From contig NC_045699.1 of NCBI RefSeq assembly GCF_009834535.1, positions 43,276,001-43,340,000 of the forward strand: 64,000 nucleotides of DNA. The letters run 5' to 3'. Positions within the stretch are counted from its first letter, which is position 1. Every line of letters starts with the position of its first letter. Below the pieces are notes generated by a model. The model was not told the origin of the DNA. It saw nothing but the letters and a program-made list of their open reading frames with translations, and did no database searches. Both the position numbers and the translations under genes were made by a program. Source of the DNA: Camelus ferus. Lineage: Eukaryota. Shown here piece after piece: positions 1-13,750 of this stretch.

Positions 1-2882
1 TGCCAACACAAATAGGGAGGCCTCAGGTTACTAAGGACAACCGGGGCACAGGAAACCATAAAGGCTCAGCACTCCCACTGGCATCACAGACGAGTTGTGC
101 CAGCTCGCTTTCTCCTTTGGGACTCAGTCATACTTCCTATTCCCCATCCCCAAATTATCCAGACTGGAAGATACCCAGGCCCAAGCCATAGACCCTGATT
201 TTGCAGCTCTGGTGATGGAATATGGAATGGTGAGATGAGGAATGGCAAACGAAGCCCCCTGAGAGCTGATGAGATTACAAGCCTGGAGTCAGGGTGCTTC
301 CATTAATTTATACTACTTATACTTGCTTCATTGGACCTTGAATCTTGGATCTTTTTGGATCCCTGGCTAGATGTTTTTACAATTTGCTATCCGTTAAAAG
401 ATTTAGCAATCTACTTCTGACTGGGAGCAGCTAATTTTCACCAGGAAAATATTAGTTACCAGATAATGAATTTGGGTTCTGTTTACATTTTATTATAAAG
501 CTAGTCATTTTTCTTAAGGAAGATCATCTGATTTGGTTAAGTCTTTAAAGCCATGAATAAGTGCAGATCTGCTTGTACTCAGATGCATGAAAAATGTTGA
601 ATTGATCCAAAACTGGAGCAGGCCACCTCCATGGAACGTTCCTGGCAGGTCAGAGCAAGAGAGAATAAGGGGTGGGGTGGGGAGTAAAGTAGACTTGATA
701 GCTCTTTTCAAACAGTTGAAGGACTGTCCTGTAGAAGAGGGGTTAGATTTACTTGATTTAGCTCCAGAAGGTGGGATAGGGACCTTTATTCCAGATGACA
801 GTGGTGGAGGACAAATTTTGACTTATTAAGGAAAGAATATTTGAATAGTTAGAGGACCTCAAGTTGGAATGAGCTGAACTGTTAGACAGTGAATTATTTG
901 TGACTGTGTTGTTTATATAGAGGTTAGATTATCATTTGCACAAGGGTTGGATGAGATTTTTGGACATTAAATTGTGTTTGACCTATAAGGAGAAACAGGC
1001 AAATTTTTTGGAAGTCAATTCACCCTTTCTGTTATATGATTCTGTGGTAGCTTTTATAGTGTTACTATTTTCCTAGGCACCTCTACCAAGTTTACCCCAT
1101 TAAGTCATTGAATATTAAGAGTTGGTAGTAGAGTCTTTAGAGAGTTCTCAAATGTTGTACCCGAGTCCTCTGTTGATTCCTCAAGAATGATGCAGAGGTA
1201 GTTGAGAAATATAATGAAGGATATCTGGGGCACTGAGCAATCTTGCTTTTTTTTTTCCTCCTGGGGGTGGGGGTTCTGCTGAAACCCAAACCAAACCAAA
1301 AAACCCTTAAGGACCCTGATATTTCAGATTCTTCATTTATTGACAGGAAAACTGATACATGGAGCAGGGAAGTGTCTTGCCAAAGATCGTACAGCTAATA
1401 AGTTTCAGAGTTGGAATTCAGATCTAGCTCCTCTAATTCCAATCATTTGTTTCTTCCACTCTACTAGTTTACCTTCTTATAATTTGGTAAAAGTTTTCTT
1501 TCCACTTTTCTGGCCACCAGTATAATCCATAATTTTATTTCTTTGGATCCACTATTCTCTATTAGCCACTGAACTCTCCCTGCTGTCCAATCTCTGTTTC
1601 TTCTGGTTTATGTTATATACACTGTTACCACGTTATTCCTCATCAAACATTGTCTTCAGCATGAGATTTCCCTGCTGAAGAACCTTCTCCCTATTGCCTG
1701 TAAGAACTTTACAGCTTGACGCATAGTTAGCATTTTTGGATCCTTGTTCTACTAACTGAATTTGAGCCCATTCTGTTATGGGTAATAAATGGGCTACGGA
1801 ATGGTGAGATTAACTGAGTCCTCCCTACCCCTGGACTACAACTTTGACAGGATTTTTGTGTATCCAGTTTTAATCAGGGATGATAAGATACAAAAGAAAT
1901 AGAAGATCGCAGCTCATAAAAAGCAAGTTGTATTACAATAAGTATAATATAATCCAATTTATATGACACATACTTGTATTTTTTAAAAACTAGAATGAGA
2001 TGTATAGAAACTAGGGGAAAAAAACCCACACCAAACTGATAATAGACATTAACTTTGATGAGGGGGATTTAGAAAGGGTGGGGGACTGGGGAGGAAGGAG
2101 GGAACTTAAAATACTTAATTCTCCACTGAGGAGAGCCTCCCAGGATAGAAGGGAAGCCTAAAGAACCAGGCTTGGAACTCATAAGAGAAAGAACTGCTCA
2201 ACTGTCTTGCCTGCACCACTGCAAGCCGTTTCTTTGCCTTTTGGATCACTCTTTGAAAGAACTGAAGTCCCACGAGATTATTTGACTGGTCAAGCTTAAA
2301 TTAAGGGCCATCTATGGCTCTATCAGGAAAGGATCTAGAGGAAGGAACCCCTAGGAAAACTCCTTGGTTTCTGTTGAGTGAGAGCAAACATTTGATTTTA
2401 CTCTCCCAACAAGGCTGTGCACAGAGTGAGAGAGTTAAATGCCTGAAAGGACATCAGAGTACTCTTAGGATCCTGGGAACTAGAAATGACAAATTGGCTT
2501 CATCACCCCTCCCATCTACACTTGGATCCTGGGCTTTTCTTTTCTTTTGGTCCAACCAAGCCCTCGGTGTGGTTTTAACATTTACTAGGGATTGAGGAGC
2601 AACAAATTAAGGGGATTGGGGAGGGGAGAAGTGTAAGGCAGGGCAGGGAGGGAGGGCAGTTAGCAGGTTTTACTTTGCTTTCTCCCTTTCCTGTGCTTGT
2701 ACAGAAAGCCTTTTCAGTCCCTGACAGTTAAAAAAATGATCATAATAAATATTTGTGAATTGGATTACAAGTAAAAACCATATCCATCTGGCTTTTCTTA
2801 CAACCTGTTCCTCTGATGGTGGAGCTATTCTTCCCCTGTGCCATAAAGAGTGTGGCCAGGGAGACATTTCTGCTCATCTCCC

Positions 2883-2884
<2 letters not shown>

Positions 2885-2940
<56 letters not shown>

Positions 2941-2944
2941 CGTG
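2885..2944. repeat. Compound microsatellite (TG)24(CG)5TG
   Basis: Read directly; uninterrupted purine-pyrimidine alternation. Confidence 0.97.
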
Positions 2945-3379
2945 CCTGCCAGCATACATGCCAGATTATCTTCTGCCCTTTTTGGAAGGTCCAGACCCCA
3001 GTCAGAGTATGTACCAGAAGTACTTTGTTTTCTGACAGTGGGGATTCTTCACTTTTGAAGCATTAACCTTCTGATAAAAAATACCTTTCTCCAATTCTCA
3101 TCATAGCTTAGGCATGCTTTTTAAAAAGTTAACTTGGGTTAATCACCAGAGGATGTGCAAATTCACACTCTTAACTTCTGTGACTTGGAAAAGAATTTCC
3201 CTCACCTACTCTGTTTCCACTGGGCAGAGAATCCATTCCTTTGATATGTTTCAGAAGGCTGATGGATCAGGAATGATCCTGTACTACCAATGAACCAACC
3301 AACTTCTGTAAGGATTTGTCTGCCAGCCACTATTGGTAACAAAAAAGACTTTTAAATAACCCTTTAACTGTTGCAAAAT

Positions 3380-4560
3380 GATTTATTTTTTCAACTGCAT
3401 TGAAATAGAATTTACATAAAAGACAATGCACACACTTTAAGGGTACAATTCAGTGAGTTTGACAGATGTTTACACCAGAGTAATCTCCGCAGTCAATATA
3501 TAGAACAGTTCTGTCACCCTCCCCAAATCCCCCTGTTACCCTTTGCAGTCAGTCTCTGACCACCCCACCCCAGACATTCAATGATCAGATTTCTATCACT
3601 GTAAATTAATTTTGCCTACTATAGAGCTTCATATAAATGGACTCATACAGTATTACCCTGTGTATGGCTTCTTTAATTCAGTATTGTTTCGATATCCATT
3701 TATGTTTTTGTGTATATCAATAGTTCACCTTTTTTATTATTGAGTAGTATTTCATAGTTGGATATACCACAATTAGTTTATCCATTCATCTGTTGATGGA
3801 AATTTAGGTTGTTTTCCACTTTTTGGAAGCTCCTGTGAACACTCACATATAAGTCTTTGTGGACATGTGTTTGAATTTTTCTTGGATAAATACCTAGGAG
3901 TGAAATCTTAGGTCCTGTGATATGGGAATGTTTAATTGCCAAACTTTTCCAAAGTGGCTGTACAATTTTACATTTACCGGCATTGTGTGAGAGTTCCAGA
4001 GTCCAGCATGCCCATCAGTACTTGGTATTGTCAGTTTTTAAAAATCATTCTAGTAGGTGTGTCGTGGTATCTCATTATGGTTTTAATTTGCATTTCCCCA
4101 CAATTAATGACACTGAACACTTTTTCATGTGCCTATTTTTCCATCAATATCTCTTGGTGAAGTCTCTTTAAATTTTTTGCCCATTTGAAAAATTGGAGTG
4201 TTTGATTTCTTCTTATTGCATTGTAAGAGTTCTTTATATGGTCTTGTTACTGTGTTATGAGAGTTCTTTATATATTCTGGATACAAGTCCTTTGTGAGTT
4301 TATGAATTGAAAATATTTCCCCCTTAATCAGTGGCTTGCCTTTTTATTTTCTTTATGGTGTCTTTTGAAGAACAGAAGTTTTAAATTTTGATGAAGTCTA
4401 ATTTCTTACTTTTTTTTCTTGTGTAGTTAGCGTTTTTTTGTGCCCTGCATAAGGAATCTTTGCTTATACCGAAGTCACAAAGATTTTTCTCTATCTGAAA
4501 GTTTTATAGTTTTAACATTTACATTTAGATCTTTTTATGTTTATGATCCATTTTGATCAC
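3380..4560 (-). mobile_element. Old L1 (L1M-type) 3' fragment
   Basis: Typical antisense L1 3'-end and ORF2-end text (TACAATTCAGTGAG, GTATTTCATAGTTGGATATACCAC, TTTTAATTTGCATTTCCC, GATACAAGTCCTTTG); AT-rich; no intact ORF. Confidence 0.8.
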
Positions 4561-6714
4561 TTCTTTAACTTTGTCCTCACTGCACAACAGATGCAGTAGG
4601 AAAGCAAGAATCTGAAATAAAGATGATACCTCTCTCAAAAACAGATATATTGTAGGACAAAAATATTAACCTTTTTTTCTGTGTATTATTGTCCTCATCT
4701 AACATTAAGTGTTGACTATTCATTAGTGAAATACATATCATCACCTGCTGTGAACCAGGCACTGGAGATTCAGTAATGAACATATTAGACAATGTCCTTG
4801 CTTCATGGAGCCTACATTTTAGTGGGAGAGGTTGTGTTTTAGTGAGCATCCATTGTATGCATGGCAAAAATCAAGAAAATATTATTGCCTCTACCTGTGA
4901 TTCCTCAATTGAAGGAAGTATTTCAAATCCTTGGAGTACTTAATCTTATTGTACAATAGAGCAGGAACGTCCTTCTACAAAGGGGCACTGATTTGTAGAA
5001 CGAAGGGACTCTTGGGCTGCATACAGGCAGCTATAATGCAATATGGGAAATGGTATAGCGGCACAGGATGGAAAATCAGAGTAAGTGGTCTCATGCTCCC
5101 GTTACTGCTGAGATATAGTGACCAGACTTAATACTCTTGTCCTTGATTTAAGCAAAACAGTTTGTTTTGTCTCCAGTCCTGTTTTTGGTATCTTTTTCCC
5201 AAAAGAGTTTACTGATGGTATCTTCAGAGAACCCTTAGATCTCTTTCATGATAGTCAGAGAATGAGATATCTTATCTTTCCTCAAAACCAGTCATGGTTT
5301 GTGCCAATGATACACCATTCTTCAAATCACTTCTTGTATCAGTAATAAGTGCTATTTACTATTAACATTTATAACCTAGTACTAATATCGAAAAACCAGA
5401 TAATGAGTGGTGTTAATTCAGAGCAGGATGAGACCACTATGGCTTAGATTGACCTTCATGGAAGAAATAAAGCTTTAACTAGTTCTGAAAGGTAAGTAGG
5501 GTTTTGGTGGATAATAAATAAGGAGAGCAGATTAATTTGGATTAGTGGGTTTGAGAAAGAAGAGATTAAGGACCAGCATATACCCCATTCATGGTGTAAC
5601 TCCCCTCTCATCTGTTCATAGCAGATGTCATTAGTCCATCATGGCACTCATTCTTGCTGAGCCTGGCAAGACTGGAACTAGGTAAGAGGAAAATAAATGT
5701 AGGCATTCAATGGAGAGATAATTTCAAAGAGGCATCAGTGAGACTTCATGAAAATGTCTGACCCTGGAGGTCAGGATGTGGGGCCTTTCCCATGTGCAAC
5801 AGAGACTGTGAAGTGTTTCTGTTGCATCTATGCTGACAATACAAGCATCTGAGGGGTGTGATAGTCACCACCAGACTCAGAAAGACAGTGCTGGGGAAGG
5901 CAGTGCAATTTTTTCTGCCAGAGGGCGCCACTCAGGCAGTTTTTAGGCTGGGAGAGAACCTTGGACCCTTGAGTTAACACAAGCTGCGAAGTTGGCCCTG
6001 TTGCCAGCAGAGTCAGCAGCAAACAGGGGCAAAGGAACTTTGCTCTGAAGATCTAGGGAACCAGAGGACCACCTGCTCAAGGAGTTCAACTCTTACTTGC
6101 TGCTAAGAAATCCCCTTCCCCTCGTCCATCCAGCTCTGCCTCCAGGTAGGGAAGCAGGGGGAGAGGTAGCTATCTGAGAGACCAAGCACTTTTTATTCAA
6201 GAGAGTCTGAGCAGTACCTTAAAGACTGTTTAAATGATCAGATTTCACTATATTAAACTGGTTTGAGGACTTCTGACGGATGGGGTTTCAGCAACTGTGA
6301 TGATGTACAAGACCATCATGTGAGTAAAAGGTGCCAGTCGGCTCATCCACCACCTTGGACGAGGCAAGGCAGGACTGGATGTGGAATGATGCAGGCCTGT
6401 GTCCCTGTTTCCCAGGGGGCCGATTGGGCCCATCTGAGGTAGGTTAGGATAGATGCCAGGGGCATGTCGCCCAGCTGAGCAGGTAGCTCAGTGCACTCAG
6501 CTGCAAGGGGACTGCTTACCCTTGTATCACCAGTGTCCCAGCACTGGTTGCACCCATCGGCAAGGGAGAACCATCCTGGAACACATCCACCTGGCCCTGT
6601 CAAACCTGTGGGGACAGATTCTTGTGACCTGCTGTTTCCCTTGGCATCCACCTTTCAGTTGTCCTCACCTTGAGGAACCCATTTTTTGAGGAGCCATCCA
6701 GATGTCTTGGATTT

Positions 6715-7860
6715 TGTCATTTACTCATTTTTCTTATTTATTCTCATATTAATTGAGTCTGTTATGCCATATACTGTCGTAGGCACTGAGAATACAGCAT
6801 TTTGTTGGGATGAGGGAATAAACACAAATAAATATAATGACGTTTGAGCAATATTAAATTTGAAAAATAGTACCGAGAAAATAGAGAGTATTATTGGAAT
6901 ACAATGTGTATTGGGGGGGACCTTGTCTATAAAAGTAGTGATGTTAACACTTACCTTAAGAATGATTTTGAGGTGATCAGGTGAAAGATGGGAAGAATGC
7001 TTCAGGCAGAGGGAACAGTATGTGCAAGGGTGATAGATATAAAAGGAATGAAAGAAGTTCAGTGTATCTGGAGCCTAGAGAGGGACCGGAGGGATGTGAT
7101 ATGAGACAAGGCTGAAGAGGTAGGCAGGGGCCAGATCATGGAGCACTTTGAAATCCATGATAAGGTGTTCATAGTTCATCCCTACCAAGGGAAGGCCATT
7201 CAAGTGTTTTACTCAGAGGAATGACTTTGCCAGCACTGCATTTTGGCTGTTTATTATAGGCAGTAGATGGGGAGGGTAAACACATGATGCTGGGAGACAA
7301 GTTAAGGGACTGTTTACATTAGTCCAGGTGAAAGATGATGGTGGTTTGGACTACATAGGGCAGAGGTAGTGGAGAAGTGGATGGCATATTTTGGAAGAAT
7401 ATCCAGCAAGACATGGATGTGGAGAGTAAGGGAGATGGAGAATTCAAGGATGACTCAAGTTTTTGGTTTGAACATGTGGGTGGATGGTGGTGTCATTTAC
7501 TGAGTAAGAGAATATTAGGGTGGGAAGCTATTTTCAGGGAAAATCACATGCCAGGTTTTGGACATTGGAGTTTGAAGTGCTTACAAGTCTATCAAGTGAA
7601 GACATCCAGTAGGCAATTGGATATATTAATTTAGAGCTGAATTACCAGCTGGACTGGTAATTCATTCTTGGCATATAGAAGCGGTTATTGGAATCATGGT
7701 TATAGATAGAATTGTAGACAGAGAGTTGAGCAGAGATAATCTGGAGTAGAGCCTCAAGAAGCACCAGTCACCCCAATGGACAGGTAGAACGGGAAGGACT
7801 GATAGAGAACTGCCAGGTGGTTGGAGGGAACACAGAAGGTGTATCACTACAGTTTGCTGT
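6715..7860 (-). mobile_element. L2 fragment
   Basis: L2-like text (GGCACTGAGAATACAGC, GGCAGAGGGAACAGTATGTGCAAGGG, GTCCAGGTGAAAGATGATGGTGGTTTGGAC, AGGATGACTCAAGTTTTTGG). Confidence 0.75.
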
Positions 7861-9309
7861 GGAGATGTACCAGAGCATTTGGCTGGACTCCTGATGGTGC
7901 TGAAGTTACCTATAATGTTTGATGGGGTGGGTGGCCTTCAGAGGACCAGAGGAGCAAACCTGGAACTCCCAGCCTGCCTTGAGTATCTCTCTAGTAACAC
8001 GGCAGCCTTCTGCCTTCAAATCTGAAGAAGCCTGGACTCCAGGAGGTAACAGGGGCTCAGAGGAAGGAAATGGTTCCCCATGGATGTATTATGTTCAAGG
8101 CTCTGCCTTTAACCTAGCGAGATTCAGTAGGATCAGAGTGAATCCCCGTCTATGGACATGAACCATCCCACAGATTTTGTTGTATTCTTATCACTCCCTA
8201 GAGGCATATCCTCATCTCTTTTTTCCCCTGTCTTTGCCACTCTGATTCGGAAGCCCAGTTAGTTCCCCTTGGTTCTTGACCTCTGATTTAGCTTGGCTAG
8301 CTCCCCCTTTCTGAGGAGTGACTTCCACATATACATACTTCTAATAACCCTTCTGCTTGGCTGGCCCAGAAGCTGCCTCCTTATGCACCAATAAGCAGTC
8401 ACCACAGAGCACAGCCCAGTTTTATAGGCCTAGATAAGTATAGATGCTTCCTCTGCCCCCTCTAGAGGTGTTCATGGCTCTTAGCCTTGGAATTTCTGTT
8501 CTCTTCAATCATCTCCTTCTCTTCTGTTTTGCTTGTCAGAAGCATATTCATTAGCTAGATGTTAAGGCTGGTTCTACCTTTCAGGGACGCTTGGCTTTTA
8601 GAGCTATTATCCTAGTCTAGTATCTGGGCCTAGTCTCACTCATGGTCTTAGGGCTTTTGATGACTTTTCCTACTGAGTAATATTCTGTGGAGGTTTCTAC
8701 CACATGCTTTCTTTCCTGCCAGGATTAGTCAGAAATTAGCCCCAAATTGCCATCTTCCTATTCCAAAAGTCAACTCTATGTTCCATGTATTGGGTCTGAG
8801 GGAGGCTTGTAGCCCTTAGCTTATTTTGGGACCTATGATTAACATACCCTGGGTCTAAATAATGAAGTTGCAAGTCCAGTGGTGGTTTGCAATTTCTATA
8901 TAGAAGCTTAAGGGCAGAAATCTGATTGGGAGGGGAGGGAGTCAGAAGATTTGTCTTGAAGTTGAGTGTGAGTTATGTGATTAGCTGACCAGGACTGACC
9001 ACCAGAAAAATAAACACAAAGATATGATTAATAAAAATACATACTTTGTTCGTAGAAGTTAGTTTAACAAATGTAGAATCTCTGGCCTTTAAAAAAACCT
9101 TTTGTTGACTAGTTATTTCATTTACTTAGTTTCTTCCTTCCCCAAAGTATGATACCATTAACCAGTGAATTTTAAATGCATGCTTTGCTGACTTTTTCTA
9201 TTTATGTATTTTTATTTAGTTTACTTTATGTGAAGGGGGAGGGAGTTCACTGCCACTGATGCCAACAACTCTTCCTCATATCCTCCACGCAGTCTTTTCC
9301 TTGGTGAGT

Positions 9310-9700
9310 TGTACTGTAAAATTCTAATCATTACTGTTGTGCAATATCAAAATGCCTTATTTATGTAGCAATTGCAGCACACTTGTCCACACCCAGGGAA
9401 ACAAGGTGATGTTCCACCTGAAATTATTTCCACTGAGGTGATAGATGATGCCATGATTGTGGATGAACTCACTGAGGAAATGAGTATAGGAAGAAGGATG
9501 CAGAAAGCTGAGGACCAGAGCGTGGGAGAGGGGAAGGCTACATTTCAGAGGAGGAAGAGGATCTGCACCACACTGAGCAATGAGCAGACGCTGAGATGGA
9601 AGGATGACTAGGAGAATGAGCTGTGGTTGAAGCCATGGTAAGAAGAAGGTGATGGCCAATAGTGTGTTTGAAGTATAAGGGAGGGACTTGCTGTCATCTG
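9310..9700 (-). mobile_element. L2 ORF2 remnant
   Basis: Degenerate purine-rich L2-like text (GTGATAGATGATGCCATG, CAGAAAGCTGAGGACCAGAG). Confidence 0.55.
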
Positions 9701-10009
9701 TAAAGTAGGAACTTCCTCATCTCCATCATTTATAAAAATTTTACACTAGATTATTCAATTCTATTCAACAAGTATTTATTGTGCTGAATCCTAACTGTGG
9801 TGGAGTTGTATAAAAGAGGTATAAATTGTTTTAAAGTAATTTGTCTTTATAAACAAATATACCAGTAATTTATACATAAAATCTCTATCAGTTTTGACTG
9901 GTATATTTGTTAAATGGAAACCACAGACCTATTTCAGTGACATTTAAAAAACATATTTTGGTATCCTTTCATTCCTGTGATGCCTTTTTTTTTTAAACCC
10001 TTATGTAGT

Positions 10010-10550
10010 TTTTTTCTTACTATAAAATAGTACATAATCATTAAAAATACATTTATACATAAAATTATAACTCATCTTAGCCCCAAAAGATAGCCATCCT
10101 CAATATTTTGATTTCTACCATTCCAGATTTCTACTATGTGTGTCTGTGTGTGTGTGTATGTGTGTTTAATAAAACTGGACTTATTCCATACATTTTTCAA
10201 TTTTGTTTTCATTTAATAATGTATGGTGAACAATCTTTGATACCGTACATCTCTTGAAACAATGTTTAGTGGGCTGCTTGGATTTTAATATATGAGTGTA
10301 ACCTAATTTAATTATACAATGTCCTATTACTAGAAACTTAGATCTTCCCTAATTTTTCAATATTATAAACAGTGCTATGTTAAGTATCTTTGAAGCGAAA
10401 TCTATGATTGTTTTCTTCATCTAAATTCTTGAAGTGGAATTGATGGGTTAATGGTAAAAACACTTTAAAGGCTTTGGTGGAAATTGCCAGGTTGCTCTCT
10501 AAAGCTGTAACAGATTGTGCTCCTGCTAGCAGTACATGTCCTTGCCCTTC
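10010..10550 (-). mobile_element. Old L1 (L1ME-like) fragment
   Basis: TATTATAAACAGTGCTATG, GAAGTGGAATTGATGGGT, AAATTGCCAGGTTGCTCTC are L1 3'-region-like. Confidence 0.65.
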
Positions 10551-11744
10551 CCCAAGTTATCCTGAGGATGGGGAAGTAGGAAGTCCATAATGCTCCTTTC
10601 TCTCTCTTTCCCCCAAACTCTTTTTCTCTCCTCTCCTGTGTTCTTTGGGGGAAAGAGGAAAACCAATTCTGTCTCTTCATTCCTCCGTATAACTCAGTCT
10701 GTATTCACACCAATAGCAGTGAACTCTGAATTAGAAATTTTGGAATCAGGGTCTTTGTTCTCGGTAGCGGTCAATTCATTTTTGGTTTCACTGCCACGTT
10801 TCCGGCCAGGAAAACAGAAATCACTCTAAGTATTTAAATTAGAGGGAATTTCATCCAGAGAATTAGCTATAAAAGTGAAGGAAGAGCTGGGAAGCCACTC
10901 AAGGGAAGGCGAGGCAATCCAGAGATCAGCAACAGCTGAAGGAACAAAGGTAAGTTAGAAGCTGGAACTTTGGAGCGCCAGCCCGAGGGCAGCTGCAGTC
11001 ACAGGGGACACGCGATTTCTATCGGAGATGCTGGCCTAGGCGGAGGGACACAAGGAGCTCCTCTGGCTCCGGCGTCCCTCTGACTTCCATTCTTCGTCGG
11101 TGCCTCTCGTTGACTGAATTCAGCAGGGACTCAGGGGGCCCAGGGCGCGGTCTGTGAGTGTCAGCCTCACTGGAGAGGAAGAGGAGCGGATCTGATAAGA
11201 ACAAGGTCGCGGACTGACGGGTGGGTAGGGCCAGTGGGAGGGGAGGGAGCACGTGATCGCTCTGCTGCGTAAGCTGGCTTTTGTCTCTTTCTAGTTAGTC
11301 CACTTCTTAAGGGTGGGTGAGGCAGGGAACTATGTTCTGACTTTTATTTTTGTGTCCTTTAAAAGCCTCTCATAAATATTGTTTATATTGAACCCAATTT
11401 AACGGTTTCTCAGCTCTCTTTTAGTCGTGTATCACTGACCGGCTCCCCTCGGAATTTTTAGTGAGATGAAACATTTGAAAACCTTTGCACAGATGGTGGG
11501 CAACCTTCCCTGCCCTTTTTGCTAGACAGTTTAGTTACTCTCAGTAGCTGATGGGAGGTGTTCTCAGCTGCCATTTGGTGGGAGAGGCTAGCGTCACATT
11601 ACTGCTCCAATTTTCTCTCTCGGGGACCTAGCAGGTGTTTGAGGACAACGACTGTCTCATCTACTCACATGGAGTCTTTGTAGTCATTTATAGCACACCT
11701 GTTGTTTTTAGAGCCTTATTTTCATCCAAATATGTGTGTATGTA

Positions 11745-11917
11745 CAGTCGACCCTTGAACAATGTGGGGGTTAGGGGCGCCGAACCTCCAGACAGTTCAA
11801 AATTTGTGTATAACTTTACAATTGACCCTCCATATGTGGTTCTCTTCTGGAGATTCAACCAACTGTGTAGTACTACAGTACCTATTTAAGTGAAAAAAAA
11901 ATCCACATATAAGTGGA
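11745..11917 (+). mobile_element. Tigger2/MER8-like non-autonomous DNA transposon, 3'-truncated
   Basis: Starts after TA with CAGTCGACCCTTGAACAATGTGGGGGTTAGGGGCGCC, the Tigger2-type terminal repeat; stops at ATAAGTGGA without the right TIR. Confidence 0.75.
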
Positions 11918-13329
11918 TATCATGGCAAGATACTGAAAAATGGGTTAAATAGTGTTAAACAATTAGAATAGTTTGGATTAAACATTTCATCTGGCATGAA
12001 ATGTTTCTGGGTATATGCATGTCTGATCTTCCAGAATTTGCTTTATCTGCATGAATACTCCTCCTTCCTCCTACATATACAACAATGAACTCTTACCTTC
12101 CTGCTTGCTTTCTATTAGCCTATGACTTGTTAATCTTGGGTCCTGCCCCCTTCGAGGGTCTCAGGAGATCCTGGGTCCATGTGTCTCTGATTTATATGCA
12201 AAATTTTGTATGTAGTATATGTGTGGTGTGCCTTTTGTGGGGGCAGGGGTGGGGAGAGAAAGTGTTTCATCCTGTGTTCTATCCCCAGTCTGTTTCTGTC
12301 TTCTTTCTTTATTCTGCCTGAACCTTCAGCTCCTGATTCTTTCCCTCATTCAGAAGATGACTTAGCCTCTTCATTTAGGAATGCAGTTGAGCCCCTTGTT
12401 TCATACAACCTTTCCTTCACTTCAGCATGTTGTAGAAGATACAGAGTTGAAGTTTTCCTATTGTCCTGGATTTGGTGACTTGGGTCCAAAAATGAGGACA
12501 GAGAAAGTAAGTACCACACATTCTGGAGAGAGTTGCTAATGATTGGGGACATTCACCCTTTCGGAGGCTTACAAGGAAGTAGTAGATGGCCCTGGTACCT
12601 CACACCACTAACCACCCGTCCCTCATCACCCTACCTCATTCCCAGTCAATGTAAGGTATAAAATGACTCAAGGAGGGAGTCATGAGCTTAGTAGGGAGTA
12701 TTTCCCCCTCCTTTTGCCTCCCAAACCAAGCAAGAAGATATCAAAGAGAGTCTACATGAAAGAGAGACCACTTTCTCCTTCCCTACTTAGACTGTCTATT
12801 TGGACAGTGGACTTGTTTAGCTCTGCATTTATCTGAGAAGAGGAAAGGCAACTGGAAGTGGAAGGACAGAGAGTGGGTTAGTGGTGGAATAGCCTGTATT
12901 CTTTCTGTTTGGCTGAGTAAGGATATACGAGTTTCTTGTGGTCACAGGGACACTGAGGAAGACAGCTGAGCTTGAGCCATCTTGCTGGTAGCCTATGCCA
13001 GAGGCTGCCTGCTGGAGTTAGGAGGGTTAAAGGAAATGACCTGGAGTAAGATTGTCTACATTAAGTCACAAATCAGCTGGGAGGACCCATGGGACTTTCT
13101 ACAGAACACGCACAAGTGCCCCATAAGAGATCCAGCATTTTCACATCTGCCAAACATCCACAGCCAACAGTGGTTTGTGATAACAACTACCTTGTTTTAA
13201 AGTAAGTATTTACTTTTCTGTCTATTCCACTAGGTCATGTATTTTATGAAAGAAGGAATGTTATCTTGTTAATCAAGGTACTTCAACACTGGCAATACAT
13301 TTTAGATGTCAAATACCCTGAGTTCTGCA

Positions 13330-13750
13330 TGATTTTCAAATGTTCCACCAAACATTAGTATAGAATGTCCATACATAAGGAAATCTCATCTGTTATTACC
13401 TATCCTAACACGGTATTTAATTTAGTATTTTTTTAATGGAATGGCTTCTCTTAAATCCTAATTTACTCATTCCTTATAATTTGGTGCAAACATCTGAGCA
13501 CTTCCATAAGTCTTCTGTCATAGTCTTGTACAATCATTTATGTATTGAAATACCTATTAATTTATTGTAAGTTATTGTTCTTTATTTCTCTTTTCTATTA
13601 GAGTTAGGACATTTTATTGATGTTTTGAAATTACGTGTATAGATATCTTGTATTATCTATGAGTTTCATTTTAGGTTAGTAAAGGTGCTGTTATTTAAAA
13701 TATTTATTGGAAGAAAGGAGGCTTAGGTCTGATAGCATCGAGAGTCACTG
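13330..13750. mobile_element. Possible hAT-type DNA transposon remnant
   Basis: AT-rich segment ending GGTCTGATAGCATCGAGAGTCACTG, resembling a Charlie-like terminus; family uncertain. Confidence 0.35.

Noticed and set aside
2740-3066. ORFs with CVCVCV / THTHTH runs
   Set aside because: Translation of the (TG)n microsatellite.
1-3100. Possible RGP1 3'UTR or MSMP upstream region expected from human synteny; AATAAA at 1784
   Set aside because: No coding exon of either gene is visible and I cannot confirm UTR identity from sequence alone.
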